Shown here: positions 9,145-17,696 of the stretch, piece by piece | Layout of the letters: every line of letters starts with the position of its first letter | Numbering within the stretch: the first letter of the stretch is position 1 | Assembly: GCA_938048735.1 (NCBI GenBank) | Contig: CALIUM010000002.1 | Location: forward strand, 21,327 to 85,326 | From: an uncultured archaeon | GTDB taxonomy: Archaea > Thermoproteota > Bathyarchaeia > TCS64 | Reading direction: 5' to 3' | DNA: 64,000 nucleotides | Translations under genes and position numbers: made by a program | The notes under the pieces: model-generated | Told to the model about the DNA's origin: nothing | The model's database searches: none | Seen by the model: only the letters and a program-made list of their open reading frames with translations

Positions 9145-10431
9145 TCATGGCACCAGTCTATCTCTATCCCTTGGGAACATGCAGCACTCCCTTATGTTGC
9201 TCATCCCGGTGACTGCCATCGTCAATCTCTCCAGCCCTATGCTCCAACCCGCGTGGGGTGGGGCTCCGTAGCTGAAGCACTCTATGTAGTGGGTGAAGCT
9301 CTCGGGATCTAATCCCTTCTTTATGAGCTGTGAGATTAGGAGCTCTGGGTGGTGTATCCTCTGGGTTCCGCTGCTGACCTCTATCCCCCCGTAGATGAGG
9401 TCGAAGGCGTGCACTAACTCTGGGTTATCCTGGTGGGGCATGGCGTAGAAGGGCTTAAGGGTTGAGGGCCAATCCTTTATGAAGAAGGCCTCCTCCCCCA
9501 AGAGGCTAGTGAGCCTTGTCTCCTGAGATTTCGTGAAGTCATCCCCCCACCTGATCTCCTCCCCTGAGCTTCTTAGAAGCTCTATTGCCTCGCCGTAGGA
9601 AATCCTCCTGAGGGGGAGATGGGGAACCTCAATGGTTCTCCCAAGGGTGTCGAACTCCTTTGAACATCTCCTCTTAACATTATCTAGCATGTAGGCTAAT
9701 GTCTCCTCGAGCACCTTCATCACATCCTCGTCGTCGGCGAAGGCCTGCTCCACATCCATCTGCCTCACCTCGTTGAGATGGGTTGGGGTGTTGAACTTCT
9801 CAGCCCTCCATACCGGCACGACGGTGTAGACCTTCTCAAGGCTTATGGCGCACATCTGCTTGTATAGCTGGGGGCTCTGGGCCAAGTAGGCCTCCTTCTC
9901 GAAGTATGGAATCTTGAAGAGCTCGGCTCCCCCCTCGGAGGCGGATGAGATGATGCATGGAGGCTGTATCTCAATGTATCCCCTCTCGGTCAGGAATCTC
10001 CGGAAGGCCACGAGGAGTTCGTGCTGGATCTTGAAGATGGCCCTAGTTCGGGGAGTCCTGAGATCCATAAATCGGTAGTTCAGCCTAGTCTCAAGCTCGG
10101 CCTTCACATGCCCCGAGACATCGAGGGGAAGGGGCTGCTTAGATCTGTTAAGAACGGATATCCTCTCCGGGATGAACTCGAACCCCCGATGGGCTATCTC
10201 GCTTGCCCGAGCCTTCCCGGTTACCGAGATGACATCCTCCCTACCCAGCTTAAGCTCCCAGAGGCTGGGCTCGGCCTCCCCGGGCTTCAGGGTTATCTGG
10301 ATCTCGCCGGTGATGTCTCTCAGGAGGATGAACTTGATGTTTCCGATATCCCTAACCCTTGAGACCCACCCCGCTATCGTGACCTCCTCCCCCAGTCGAC
10401 TCATGGCCTCCTCTATGCTGACTCTCTCCAA
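9145..10431 (-). CDS. aspS: aspartyl-tRNA synthetase, archaeal type
   Basis: 428 aa. OB-fold anticodon-binding N-terminus (…VTIAGWVSRVRDIGNIKFILLRD…) and class II motifs (…FRAEKFNTPTHLNE…, …GAPPHAGWSIGLERL…). Confidence 0.92.
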   Translation of the reverse strand: MERVSIEEAMSRLGEEVTIAGWVSRVRDIGNIKFILLRDITGEIQITLKPGEAEPSLWELKLGREDVISVTGKARASEIAHRGFEFIPERISVLNRSKQPLPLDVSGHVKAELETRLNYRFMDLRTPRTRAIFKIQHELLVAFRRFLTERGYIEIQPPCIISSASEGGAELFKIPYFEKEAYLAQSPQLYKQMCAISLEKVYTVVPVWRAEKFNTPTHLNEVRQMDVEQAFADDEDVMKVLEETLAYMLDNVKRRCSKEFDTLGRTIEVPHLPLRRISYGEAIELLRSSGEEIRWGDDFTKSQETRLTSLLGEEAFFIKDWPSTLKPFYAMPHQDNPELVHAFDLIYGGIEVSSGTQRIHHPELLISQLIKKGLDPESFTHYIECFSYGAPPHAGWSIGLERLTMAVTGMSNIRECCMFPRDRDRLVP

Positions 10432-10476
10432 GCCTCTCCCCCACGCCCGTGAGCTATTCCCCTGGGTTGGAGGCTA

Positions 10477-11019
10477 TTAAAAGTTTGGTCGGGAAAAGTT
10501 TGGCCGGGATCTCACATACTCGACCCTAAGGTTCATATTCCTGATCCTCTTCGCAGCGTCGGATAGGGCCTTGATCCTCTTCTTGCTCAGCTCTCTTCCC
10601 CTCCCCTTTAGGACCACTCTCGTCTCCGTGCTCCCGTCGGGTAGCCAGATGATGTTTATAGTGACTATCTGCTGGTTGGAGAATAGTTCCTCTATGAACT
10701 TTCGGTCGTTGAGACCCTCCTCTATGATGAGTATGTGCTGCTTGTTCAGCCCCTCCCTGATAAGCTTTGAGAGTTTCCCGCCGTAGCTGAGAAACTTGGC
10801 CTGGTCCCCTTGGCCGACTATCAGGACTAGGTAGCCCCCAGCCTCAAAAACGTTTACGAGCTTCGCCTTCTGCAGGAGTGGAAACTGATCCTCCACCTTC
10901 AAAAGGAGTTGAGCCGTTTTTATGTAGAGGTTGTTGACTAGACCCTTGCGTATCTTCTCCTGGCACTTGGAACATAGCATCCCGCTCTTGAGACAGAACT
11001 CACATAGCTGTGTCTGCAC
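10477..11019 (-). CDS. Zn-ribbon plus KH-like (NusA-like) RNA-binding protein
   Basis: 180 aa. N-terminal CEFC…CSKC ribbon, followed by a two-lobed domain with NusA/KH-like periodicity. The C-terminus ends in a tandem SRPNFSRPNF. Confidence 0.4.
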   Translation of the reverse strand: MQTQLCEFCLKSGMLCSKCQEKIRKGLVNNLYIKTAQLLLKVEDQFPLLQKAKLVNVFEAGGYLVLIVGQGDQAKFLSYGGKLSKLIREGLNKQHILIIEEGLNDRKFIEELFSNQQIVTINIIWLPDGSTETRVVLKGRGRELSKKRIKALSDAAKRIRNMNLRVEYVRSRPNFSRPNF

Positions 11020-11077
11020 TCGTCCTTCCCCCTCTCAAGAGAGGAGGAGAGAGTGCGAGATGCCTGTTCCAGCCGTT

Positions 11078-11353
11078 TCATCGGGTCAACCTGATCTCGA
11101 TGGTGCTCACGTTGGTGGGAGGCTCCTCAGCCCCCTCAGACTTCACCTCTTCGGTCCCTATCTTAATATCCGAGACCCTCACATCAGGCATGAACCTATT
11201 CCTAATAATCTCCACGACATCGACGGCCTTGCTTATGGCCCTACCCCTCGCCTTAACGACCACCTCGTTAGAGCTCGTGAAGAGGGTCATACAGGCGACC
11301 ACATAGCTCATGGAGGGCTTCTTCCCGATGAAGACGGTGTTCGATCTCGACAC
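11078..11353 (-). CDS. albA: Alba (Sac10b) DNA/RNA-binding chromatin protein
   Basis: 91 aa. …[21 protein letters not shown]…[24 protein letters not shown]…. GTG start preceded by GGAGGAGGAG. Confidence 0.92.
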   Translation of the reverse strand: MSRSNTVFIGKKPSMSYVVACMTLFTSSNEVVVKARGRAISKAVDVVEIIRNRFMPDVRVSDIKIGTEEVKSEGAEEPPTNVSTIEIRLTR

Positions 11354-11599
11354 TTCGACTCCTCCTCCATCTCTCTAAGAGTTCAAAGATAAAAAATATT
11401 TCTAGTTAAAAGCGTTTCGAGGCCCGATGCGAGGTTTATATCTCCCGCGCCCACGCCTTAAGATTGGAAGAGGCTGTTGCGGTTCCTCTATGCCTCACGA
11501 GGTGGCTCATCAAAGAGATCCTAAAGCTCTTAGGCAATTGTTGCCTTTTGGAATGGTCTAAACTGCGACAATCCCCATGACTAGCAAGGGTCTTAACCG

Positions 11600-13060
11600 A
11601 ATTCCCTCCACGAATCAGCGCTATTCACAGCTCTATTGAGGGGGATTCTGAAACAGTTTCTAAATAGTTAACTTTATATTACATTATAGTGTATACTCTA
11701 ATTGTGGAAGTGATCCTCAGCGTCCCATTTAACTATGAGGCTAACGACGATATTAGAAGGCTTCTAGAGGATTTTAGGAGTATGGTTAACTTCTGTATAG
11801 ATTCTGCTCTTAAGAGGAGGATAACTTCCTACGCTACGCTTAGGAAGGGTGTATATGAAGAGTGGAAGAAGTGATGGGATTACTCAACGCACTTCTGCCA
11901 CTCGGCATGCAAGATAGCATTGGCTATGCTTAAGGGCTGGAGGAAGCGGTTGAGTAAGGGGATGGTTGGAGGCGAAAAACCCATCGCTAGAAAGCTCTTC
12001 ATGCAGCTTGACCCACAACTGTACAGGTTTTACGGGAGCATGGTAAGGATTTCGGTTAAGCCAAGGAATTTCATCTACTTAGAGCTGAAGTATGGAGAAT
12101 ACCAGAGGAAGTTCATAGAAGCTTGGAGTGAGGGGAAGCTGAAGATAGGTGAGATAACGATAAATGAAACTAAGATAATAGTGCCGTTCAAAAAAGATGT
12201 AGACTTGACAGACCCGAATGAGTGGATGGCGATAGACGTAAATGAGTCGAACGTTACCGCCGTGAGCTCCAACCCACACATCCTAAGAGTTGATAACGAC
12301 CTGAGAACCATCCATACGACATACTCCAACATCATCAGGAGGATACAGAAATTGAAGAGGCACAAGCCAAAAGCCGCTCAAAAGCTTCTCAAAAAGTACT
12401 CTGGAAGGAGGAGGCATAAAGCCGTGGATGGATGCCATAAGATAGCCAAGAGGATAGTGGAATTCGCAAAACAACGCAAAATGGGGATAGTGATGGAAAA
12501 CCTAAAAGAGATAAGGAAACACATTCACTACGGAAGAATGTTAAATCGTAGATTACACTCATGGAATTTTAGAAAGCTACAATTCCACATTGAGTATAAG
12601 GCGAATTTGAACGGCTTACTAGTAGTATACGTCAATCCGAAACATACTTCAAGCCTATGCCCGATATGTGGCGGTAAACTGGCGTCGAATGGGCATAGGC
12701 TTCTGAAGTGCAAGATGTGCGGATATGAGAAGGATAGGGATGTAGTCGCATGCCTGAACATGCTCAGGATGAGGGGAGCCCCGTTGCCCCTGAAGGCCAA
12801 CTATGAGGCTTCAGCCGAGTTGGAACGGATAGTTATAAAAAGTTACTATCCGACAACGGTCAAACATATTCTCATAGGTTCTAGGGCTGGAGGGGCCCAG
12901 CCCTTTTATGATACGCCCACTGGAATATAACCCGAAGGCTTGGCCTATATGAATCCCTAAAGAGGAAGCAAGAGAGGTGAAGCCCTCAGCCTGGCAGCTC
13001 CTAGACATAGAAAAGGTAAAATACATCGGATCCATTAGGATGCCCTACTAACAGCATGAT
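11600..13060 (+). mobile_element. IS200/IS605-family element carrying tnpB only (no tnpA); boundaries approximate
   Basis: tnpB-like ORF at 11689-12930. Visibly lower GC than the flanks. An imperfect hairpin lies at about 11601-11650 (gaattccctc…gagggggattc). The element sits between albA and rpl40e. Its ends are not defined. Confidence 0.5.
11689..12930 (+). pseudogene. tnpB: TnpB (OrfB) RNA-guided-endonuclease-family gene interrupted by one in-frame TGA
   Basis: ORFs 11689-11874 and 11920-12930 share one frame and are separated only by TGA at 11872-11874 (…YEEWKK*WDYSTHFCHSACKIALAML…). RuvC-like residues are present (AIDVNESN, IVMENLKEI, DRDVVACLNM), as is a CPICGG…CKMCG zinc finger. Confidence 0.8.
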
Positions 13061-13072
13061 GAGGGCCTAGAA

Positions 13073-13237
13073 ATGTCTCTCAGAGATCCATTCAAACTCG
13101 AGTTGGCTAGGAGGCACCTCTTGGATAAAAAGGTGTGTAGGAACTGCGGTGCAACAAACCCCCTGGGTGCGGTTAAATGCAGAAAGTGCCGCAGCAAAAA
13201 CCTAAGGCTGAAGAGGAAGAAGGCGAAAGGCAGGTAA
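13073..13237 (+). CDS. rpl40e: 50S ribosomal protein L40e
   Basis: Untracked 54-aa ORF MSLRDPFKLELARRHLLDKKVCRNCGATNPLGAVKCRKCRSKNLRLKRKKAKGR*. It has the C-x2-C…C-x2-C ribbon and basic tail of L40e. The tracked antisense ORF 13048-13296 is spurious. Confidence 0.85.
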   Translation: MSLRDPFKLELARRHLLDKKVCRNCGATNPLGAVKCRKCRSKNLRLKRKKAKGR

Positions 13238-13505
13238 AAATCGCTGTTTCTCTCAGAGGGCTTAAGGTCTAGGGATTCTACCCACTCTGTCAACATCGAC
13301 CCCTAGAAAGTTTAGCTTGGGGGATTTAGATATATTCTACAAATTTCATACATAATTTAAAGAAAATGAGGATATAGGCATTTGTTTTTAATTTTAGGCT
13401 CGGGAGGGCGCCCATTAAGATTACAGAACAGATTAAAAGGTTGGCGGAACGAGGCTTGCCATGTCGCCTCTAACCTGCCCAAAGCTCTTGAAACAGCATA
13501 AAGGA

Positions 13506-13512
13506 TTTTATT
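13506..13512 (+). promoter_or_regulatory. TATA-like box upstream of tRNA-Val
   Basis: ttttatt lies 23-29 nt upstream of the mature 5' end at 13535. Confidence 0.35.
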
Positions 13513-13534
13513 CTGAAACTATACAACCCTATTT

Positions 13535-13609
13535 GGGCCGGTCGTTCAGCTTGGTTAGGACACTGCGTTCACACCGCAGAGGTCGCCGGTTCGAATCCGG
13601 CCCGGCCCA
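13535..13609 (+). tRNA. tRNA-Val (anticodon CAC)
   Basis: Hand-folded cloverleaf: GGGCCGG/CCGGCCC acceptor, CTGCG-TTCACAC-CGCAG anticodon arm, GCCGG-TTCGAAT-CCGGC T arm, discriminator A. 75 nt, no intron. Confidence 0.9.
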
Positions 13610-13689
13610 CTCTTCCCTCGAAAATTGCCCCTCTTTAAGACTTAGTCATATTTTTTAAGCAGAATTTGAAGGTTTTGAGAGGTTGAACC

Positions 13690-14055
13690 CCATTCCTCGG
13701 GCCTTATGGAGAAGGTCCTCCACAAGCGCCTTTCTATGCCCATATCTACATCTCATTTCGGCTAAATCATCTTCGAAGATATGGCTGAAGGCCGAATTCT
13801 TTGGAAGATGTTCAACGAAGGCCATTCTAAAGGGGGTTTAAAACAGCATTAAAGATCGCCTTGATAGCTGCTGAGGCTGGGGTGGTACCATTGGAAGAGG
13901 GGGTCATATCCATCGCTGGGACGAGATGGCTTAGTGGCGGGACCGACTGCTCAACCGTTGTAAGGCCTAGGCTGTTTCAAGGACACCCGGCCTGGAGAAG
14001 AGGGTTAGAGGTTCGTGAGATGATAGCGACACCTAGAATCAAATTCAACGATTAA
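13690..14055 (+). pseudogene. truncated, frameshifted remnant of a pyruvate-kinase-C-terminal-domain-like (alpha/beta domain) protein
   Basis: The tracked 64-aa ORF (…ALIAAEAGVVPLEEGVISIAGT…EMIATPRIK) resembles the C-terminus of small archaeal PK_C-like proteins. Similarity continues upstream in another frame (…MAEGRILWKMFNEGHSKG|GFKTALKIAL…) across the G5 run at 13832-13836. The N-terminal half is absent. Confidence 0.35.
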
Positions 14056-14350
14056 CTAATCGATAAGATAAAGGAAGCAGAAGAGTGTAAATAAGTACTA
14101 AATCTCGCTATTTATTTTTAGAAATAAAAAACGTTATTGATTTTTCCAATGATGTGATCTCTTCTTTAGAGATATTATGGTCGCCGAAATGCATTTTAAT
14201 AAAAATTTAGATCCAACATGCTTTGGAAATAGGGGCTGCGACATTTAAAGAACTACTTTTAAATAAGAGGGAGCTGTGCTATTAAAAATTAATATAATTA
14301 GATGAGAATCTTTATCTGCAGGTCCTGTGATGGAGTTTGAGGTGTTATAG

Positions 14351-15103
14351 TTGAGGAACCCATTGAAGGAGAGGTTGAGGCGTGGGGAGGCGGTTATAGG
14401 GACATTCGTGGGCTTGGGCCACCCGGATGTTGCGGAGTGGCTGTCTCGCCTGGGTTTTGACTGGCTCCTCCTCGACGCCGAGCATGGCCCTCTTGGCCTC
14501 GAGACCCTCCAGAGGATGATGCAGGCGATGAACGGGTCTGGATGCGTCCCGATAGTGAGGCCCCAGTGGAACGACCCGGTGGTGATAAAGAGGGTCCTCG
14601 ACATAGGCGCTTATGGGGTTCTGATCCCATGGGTCAACTCGGGCAAGGAGGCTGAAATGGCTGTCAGGGCATGCAGGTATCCTCCCCATGGGATCAGGGG
14701 CTACGGCCCCAGGAGGGCGGCCATGTTCGACCCCGAATACTTCAAGACGGCCAACGAGGAGATCCTAGTGGCGGTTCAGATAGAGACGGAGGCGGCGTTG
14801 AAGAACCTCGACGAGATATTATCTGTGGAGGGGGTTGACGCCTGCTATATAGGGCCCTGGGACCTGTCCTGCAGCCTGGGATTCGGGGTCCCACCGAGAT
14901 GGGATGACCCCAAATACCTATCAGCCTTCGACAGGGTTCTCGAGGCCTCTAGGAGATATGGGAAGCCCGCCGGGATCTTCGCCACGATGGAGAATATCCA
15001 GTGGGCACTGGAGAAGGGGTTCAAGTTCAACACGGTGGACGACGCCGACACCTTCCTTATAAGGGGGGCTAGGATGGCGTTGGAGAGGGCGAGAGGCCGC
15101 TAG
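14351..15103 (+). CDS. HpcH/HpaI-family aldolase (2-keto-3-deoxy-acid aldolase type)
   Basis: 250 aa with a TTG start. …NPLKERLRRGEAVIGTFVGLGHPDVAEWLSRLGFDWLLLDAEHGP…VRPQWNDP…QIETEAAL…. Confidence 0.8.
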   Translation: MRNPLKERLRRGEAVIGTFVGLGHPDVAEWLSRLGFDWLLLDAEHGPLGLETLQRMMQAMNGSGCVPIVRPQWNDPVVIKRVLDIGAYGVLIPWVNSGKEAEMAVRACRYPPHGIRGYGPRRAAMFDPEYFKTANEEILVAVQIETEAALKNLDEILSVEGVDACYIGPWDLSCSLGFGVPPRWDDPKYLSAFDRVLEASRRYGKPAGIFATMENIQWALEKGFKFNTVDDADTFLIRGARMALERARGR

Positions 15104-15166
15104 GAAGCTCTCTGAGCACCCTCACATATAAATAAAGGTTTCCTAGTTGAACCGAGAGGATTTACC

Positions 15167-16597
15167 ATGGATGTTAGGGAGGCATTGGACAGGATCCTGA
15201 TGCCGAAGAGCATAGCCGTGATCGGGGCATCTAAGGATCCCTTCAAGTGGGGGCATATGCTCCTCTCCAGCATCATGAAGGGCGGATTCGAGGGAGACCT
15301 CTACCCCGTCAACCCGAGGGAGACGGAGATCCTGGGTTTGAAGTGCTATCCCACCGTGAAGGATATCCCCGGCGAGGTGGATATGGCCGTCGTCGTCGTC
15401 CCGGCTAGGGTTGTCCCATCAATCTTCAAGGACCTAGCTGAGAAGGGGGTTAAGGGAGCCGTGGTTATATCATCGGGCTTCGGCGAGACGGGGGAGGAGG
15501 GGGAGAGGCTCGTCGAGGAGGTGAAACTCAACGCCCAGGGGAGGGTCAGGTTCATAGGGCCCAACTGCATGGGGATATGCAGCAGCCCGGCCAAGCTCAG
15601 CGCCCTCATGGTCCCATTCCTCCACGAGAAGGGGGAGGTGGCCTTCATCTCCCAGAGCGGGGGATACGGCCTCCAGCTCTACATAAGGGCCTCAGCCATG
15701 GGCGTAGGGATAAACAAGTTCATAAGCAGTGGGAACGAGTCGGACATAACCAGCGCGGACTACCTCAGATACTTCGCCGAAGATCCCACAGTCAACCTGA
15801 TCTGCATGTACATCGAGGGGCTGAAAAAGGGACGGGAGTGGTATGAGACTGCAAAAGAGGTGTCAAAGAAGAAGCCGATAGTGGTGATAAAGGTTGGAAC
15901 AACGGAGGAGGGTGGAAGGGCGGCGGCCAGCCATACGGGAGCCCTAACAGGAAGCGATAGGGTTTATGACGCGGCCTTCAAGCAGGCTGGGGTGATAAGG
16001 GCCTACGACGCCGTGGAGATGTTCGACTATGTGAAGGGCCTCCTCTACTCACCATTACCTAAGGGAGACGGGATAGGCGTGGTCTCCAACTCCGGAGGTA
16101 TCGCAGTGGAGACCGCGGATGCTCTCATCAAGAACGGGCTGAGGGTTCCAGAGCTCAGTGAGGAGGCCCAGAGGGAGATAATGAGGCTCATCCCCGAGTT
16201 CGGGAACCCCAGAAACCCCGTCGACCTCACAGCATCCCTCAACATGAACTCCTTCCTAAGGGTCCCGGACATCGTCCTCTCCCAGGAGAACATCCACGGC
16301 CTCATAACGGTCGGCCTGGGGACCACGATCCTGAAGACCATGTTCCCAGATGTGGCCCCAGAGGATTTAGGAAGCATATATAGATGGCTCAATGAGCAGC
16401 TCATAGCCATATACAAGAAGTATGAGAAGCCTGTTTTGGTGATAAATCCAGGGGCGGACATAGAACCAGAGGCGGCCAGGGTGATGGAGGAGGCTAGGAT
16501 ACCGGTCTACACAACCCCTGAGAGGGCTGCCGATGTCATGGGTGTGCTATACCGGAGGAGGCTCTACCTGGAAAGGGCTGGAGAGGATGAGGATTAA
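15167..16597 (+). CDS. NDP-forming acyl-CoA synthetase, alpha-type subunit (CoA-binding plus CoA-ligase domains)
   Basis: 476 aa. …PKSIAVIGASKDPFKWG…NPRE…FIGPNCMGI…SQSGG…AASHTGALTGSD… (phosphohistidine loop). No ATP-grasp beta subunit is adjacent. Confidence 0.8.
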   Translation: MDVREALDRILMPKSIAVIGASKDPFKWGHMLLSSIMKGGFEGDLYPVNPRETEILGLKCYPTVKDIPGEVDMAVVVVPARVVPSIFKDLAEKGVKGAVVISSGFGETGEEGERLVEEVKLNAQGRVRFIGPNCMGICSSPAKLSALMVPFLHEKGEVAFISQSGGYGLQLYIRASAMGVGINKFISSGNESDITSADYLRYFAEDPTVNLICMYIEGLKKGREWYETAKEVSKKKPIVVIKVGTTEEGGRAAASHTGALTGSDRVYDAAFKQAGVIRAYDAVEMFDYVKGLLYSPLPKGDGIGVVSNSGGIAVETADALIKNGLRVPELSEEAQREIMRLIPEFGNPRNPVDLTASLNMNSFLRVPDIVLSQENIHGLITVGLGTTILKTMFPDVAPEDLGSIYRWLNEQLIAIYKKYEKPVLVINPGADIEPEAARVMEEARIPVYTTPERAADVMGVLYRRRLYLERAGEDED

Positions 16598-17084
16598 GGG
16601 GGCGGATATAGACCGGGCAAGAGGCGTAAGGAGAGCCTACACATTAATTTTCCTATTGATGATGGAACTCGTAGAGGAGCTTGGATCAGATAGGGCCCTA
16701 GAGATGCTCAGGAAGGCTGTGGAGAGGCAAGTCGGATTATTCGAGGAGGAGTTCAGGAGGGAGACAACCCCCTGCATGAATCCGATCGAGATGGGGTTTA
16801 AGGCATACAGGTCCTTCATGGAGGACTTGGGGGCGGAGGTGGAGGTCCATAAACGGGGGGAGGCCTCCATCACCTTAAGGGTTGAGAGGTGCCCCCTCTA
16901 CGAGGCGATGATGGATGCTGGAGTGGAATGCGGAGACCTGCAGGGAGGCCTCTGCACTAACCTAATACTACCATCCATACAGGGGATCCTGAAGAGGCTC
17001 GACCCAGCCCTCAGGCTCAGAGCCATGTTAACCCGCAGGAGCCTTGAAGAGTTCTGCCTTGAGGATATATATCTAGGGAGCTAA
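16587..17084 (+). CDS. L-2-amino-thiazoline-4-carboxylate-hydrolase-like (ATC hydrolase family) protein
   Basis: Start taken at ATG 16587 (MRIKGADID…), overlapping the upstream stop by 11 nt. The tracked ORF begins at 16533. Helical N-terminus plus a Cys-containing C-terminus (…RVERCPLYEAM…GVECGDLQGGLC…FCLEDIY). Confidence 0.45.
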   Translation: MRIKGADIDRARGVRRAYTLIFLLMMELVEELGSDRALEMLRKAVERQVGLFEEEFRRETTPCMNPIEMGFKAYRSFMEDLGAEVEVHKRGEASITLRVERCPLYEAMMDAGVECGDLQGGLCTNLILPSIQGILKRLDPALRLRAMLTRRSLEEFCLEDIYLGS

Positions 17085-17129
17085 CTCCAAAATCATTTTA
17101 AACCCAGGAGTCCATAAACAGGGATATGT

Positions 17130-17327
17130 ATGGTGGAGGAGAGGCTTAAAAGGCTCATAATGCACTGGATAGAGCATAATGAGGAGCATAAGGCCAGATT
17201 CGAGGAAGCCGCGAAGGAGGCCAAAACTCTGGGTCTAGAAGCCGTAGCAGAGGCCCTTGGTCTTGCGGCTGAAAGTGCATCGGAGATCTCTAAGCACCTA
17301 AGTAAGGCCCTAGAGGCATTTAAGTGA
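17130..17327 (+). CDS. small helical hypothetical protein
   Basis: 65-aa ORF MVEERLKRLIMHWIEHNEEHKARFEEAAKEAK…, predicted all-helical. I do not recognise a family. Confidence 0.45.
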   Translation: MVEERLKRLIMHWIEHNEEHKARFEEAAKEAKTLGLEAVAEALGLAAESASEISKHLSKALEAFK

Positions 17328-17696
17328 GCCATAATCGCCGAATAGTCATCTGTAAAATCTATTATGATCAAGGAACGGGGTTTAGACTATTCTGAAAATT
17401 TTCATAATACAAACAAGTATATCACGTTGAACCCAAGGGTAGCGGGAGGGATAGATCGAGTTACCAACTTTCCATCGCTCGCTCCGCCCCCCTGTCGATC
17501 TCTCCCCTGACCCTGAAGGCCTCGAATAGGAAGAGTTCAACCTTCAACCTCAACCTCATAGGATCACTAATTAATTTTTTAAACCAATTATTTAATTTTT
17601 ACCTGAAACTAATCTCCAACTCGGAGGCTCCCAAGTCCAGGAGATTTTAACCCTCTCATGAAAGCCTATTAACTATCGAGAGGGATATTTTCAGAT

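Noticed and set aside
11872-11874. Recoding (selenocysteine or programmed readthrough) of the in-frame TGA in tnpB
   Set aside because: No SECIS-like structure is evident, no Sec machinery appears in the window, and TnpB proteins are not known selenoproteins. A nonsense mutation is the simpler explanation.
13048-13658. ORFs 13048-13296 (-) and 13461-13658 (+)
   Set aside because: The first is antisense to a clear rpl40e gene. The second runs straight through the tRNA-Val gene.
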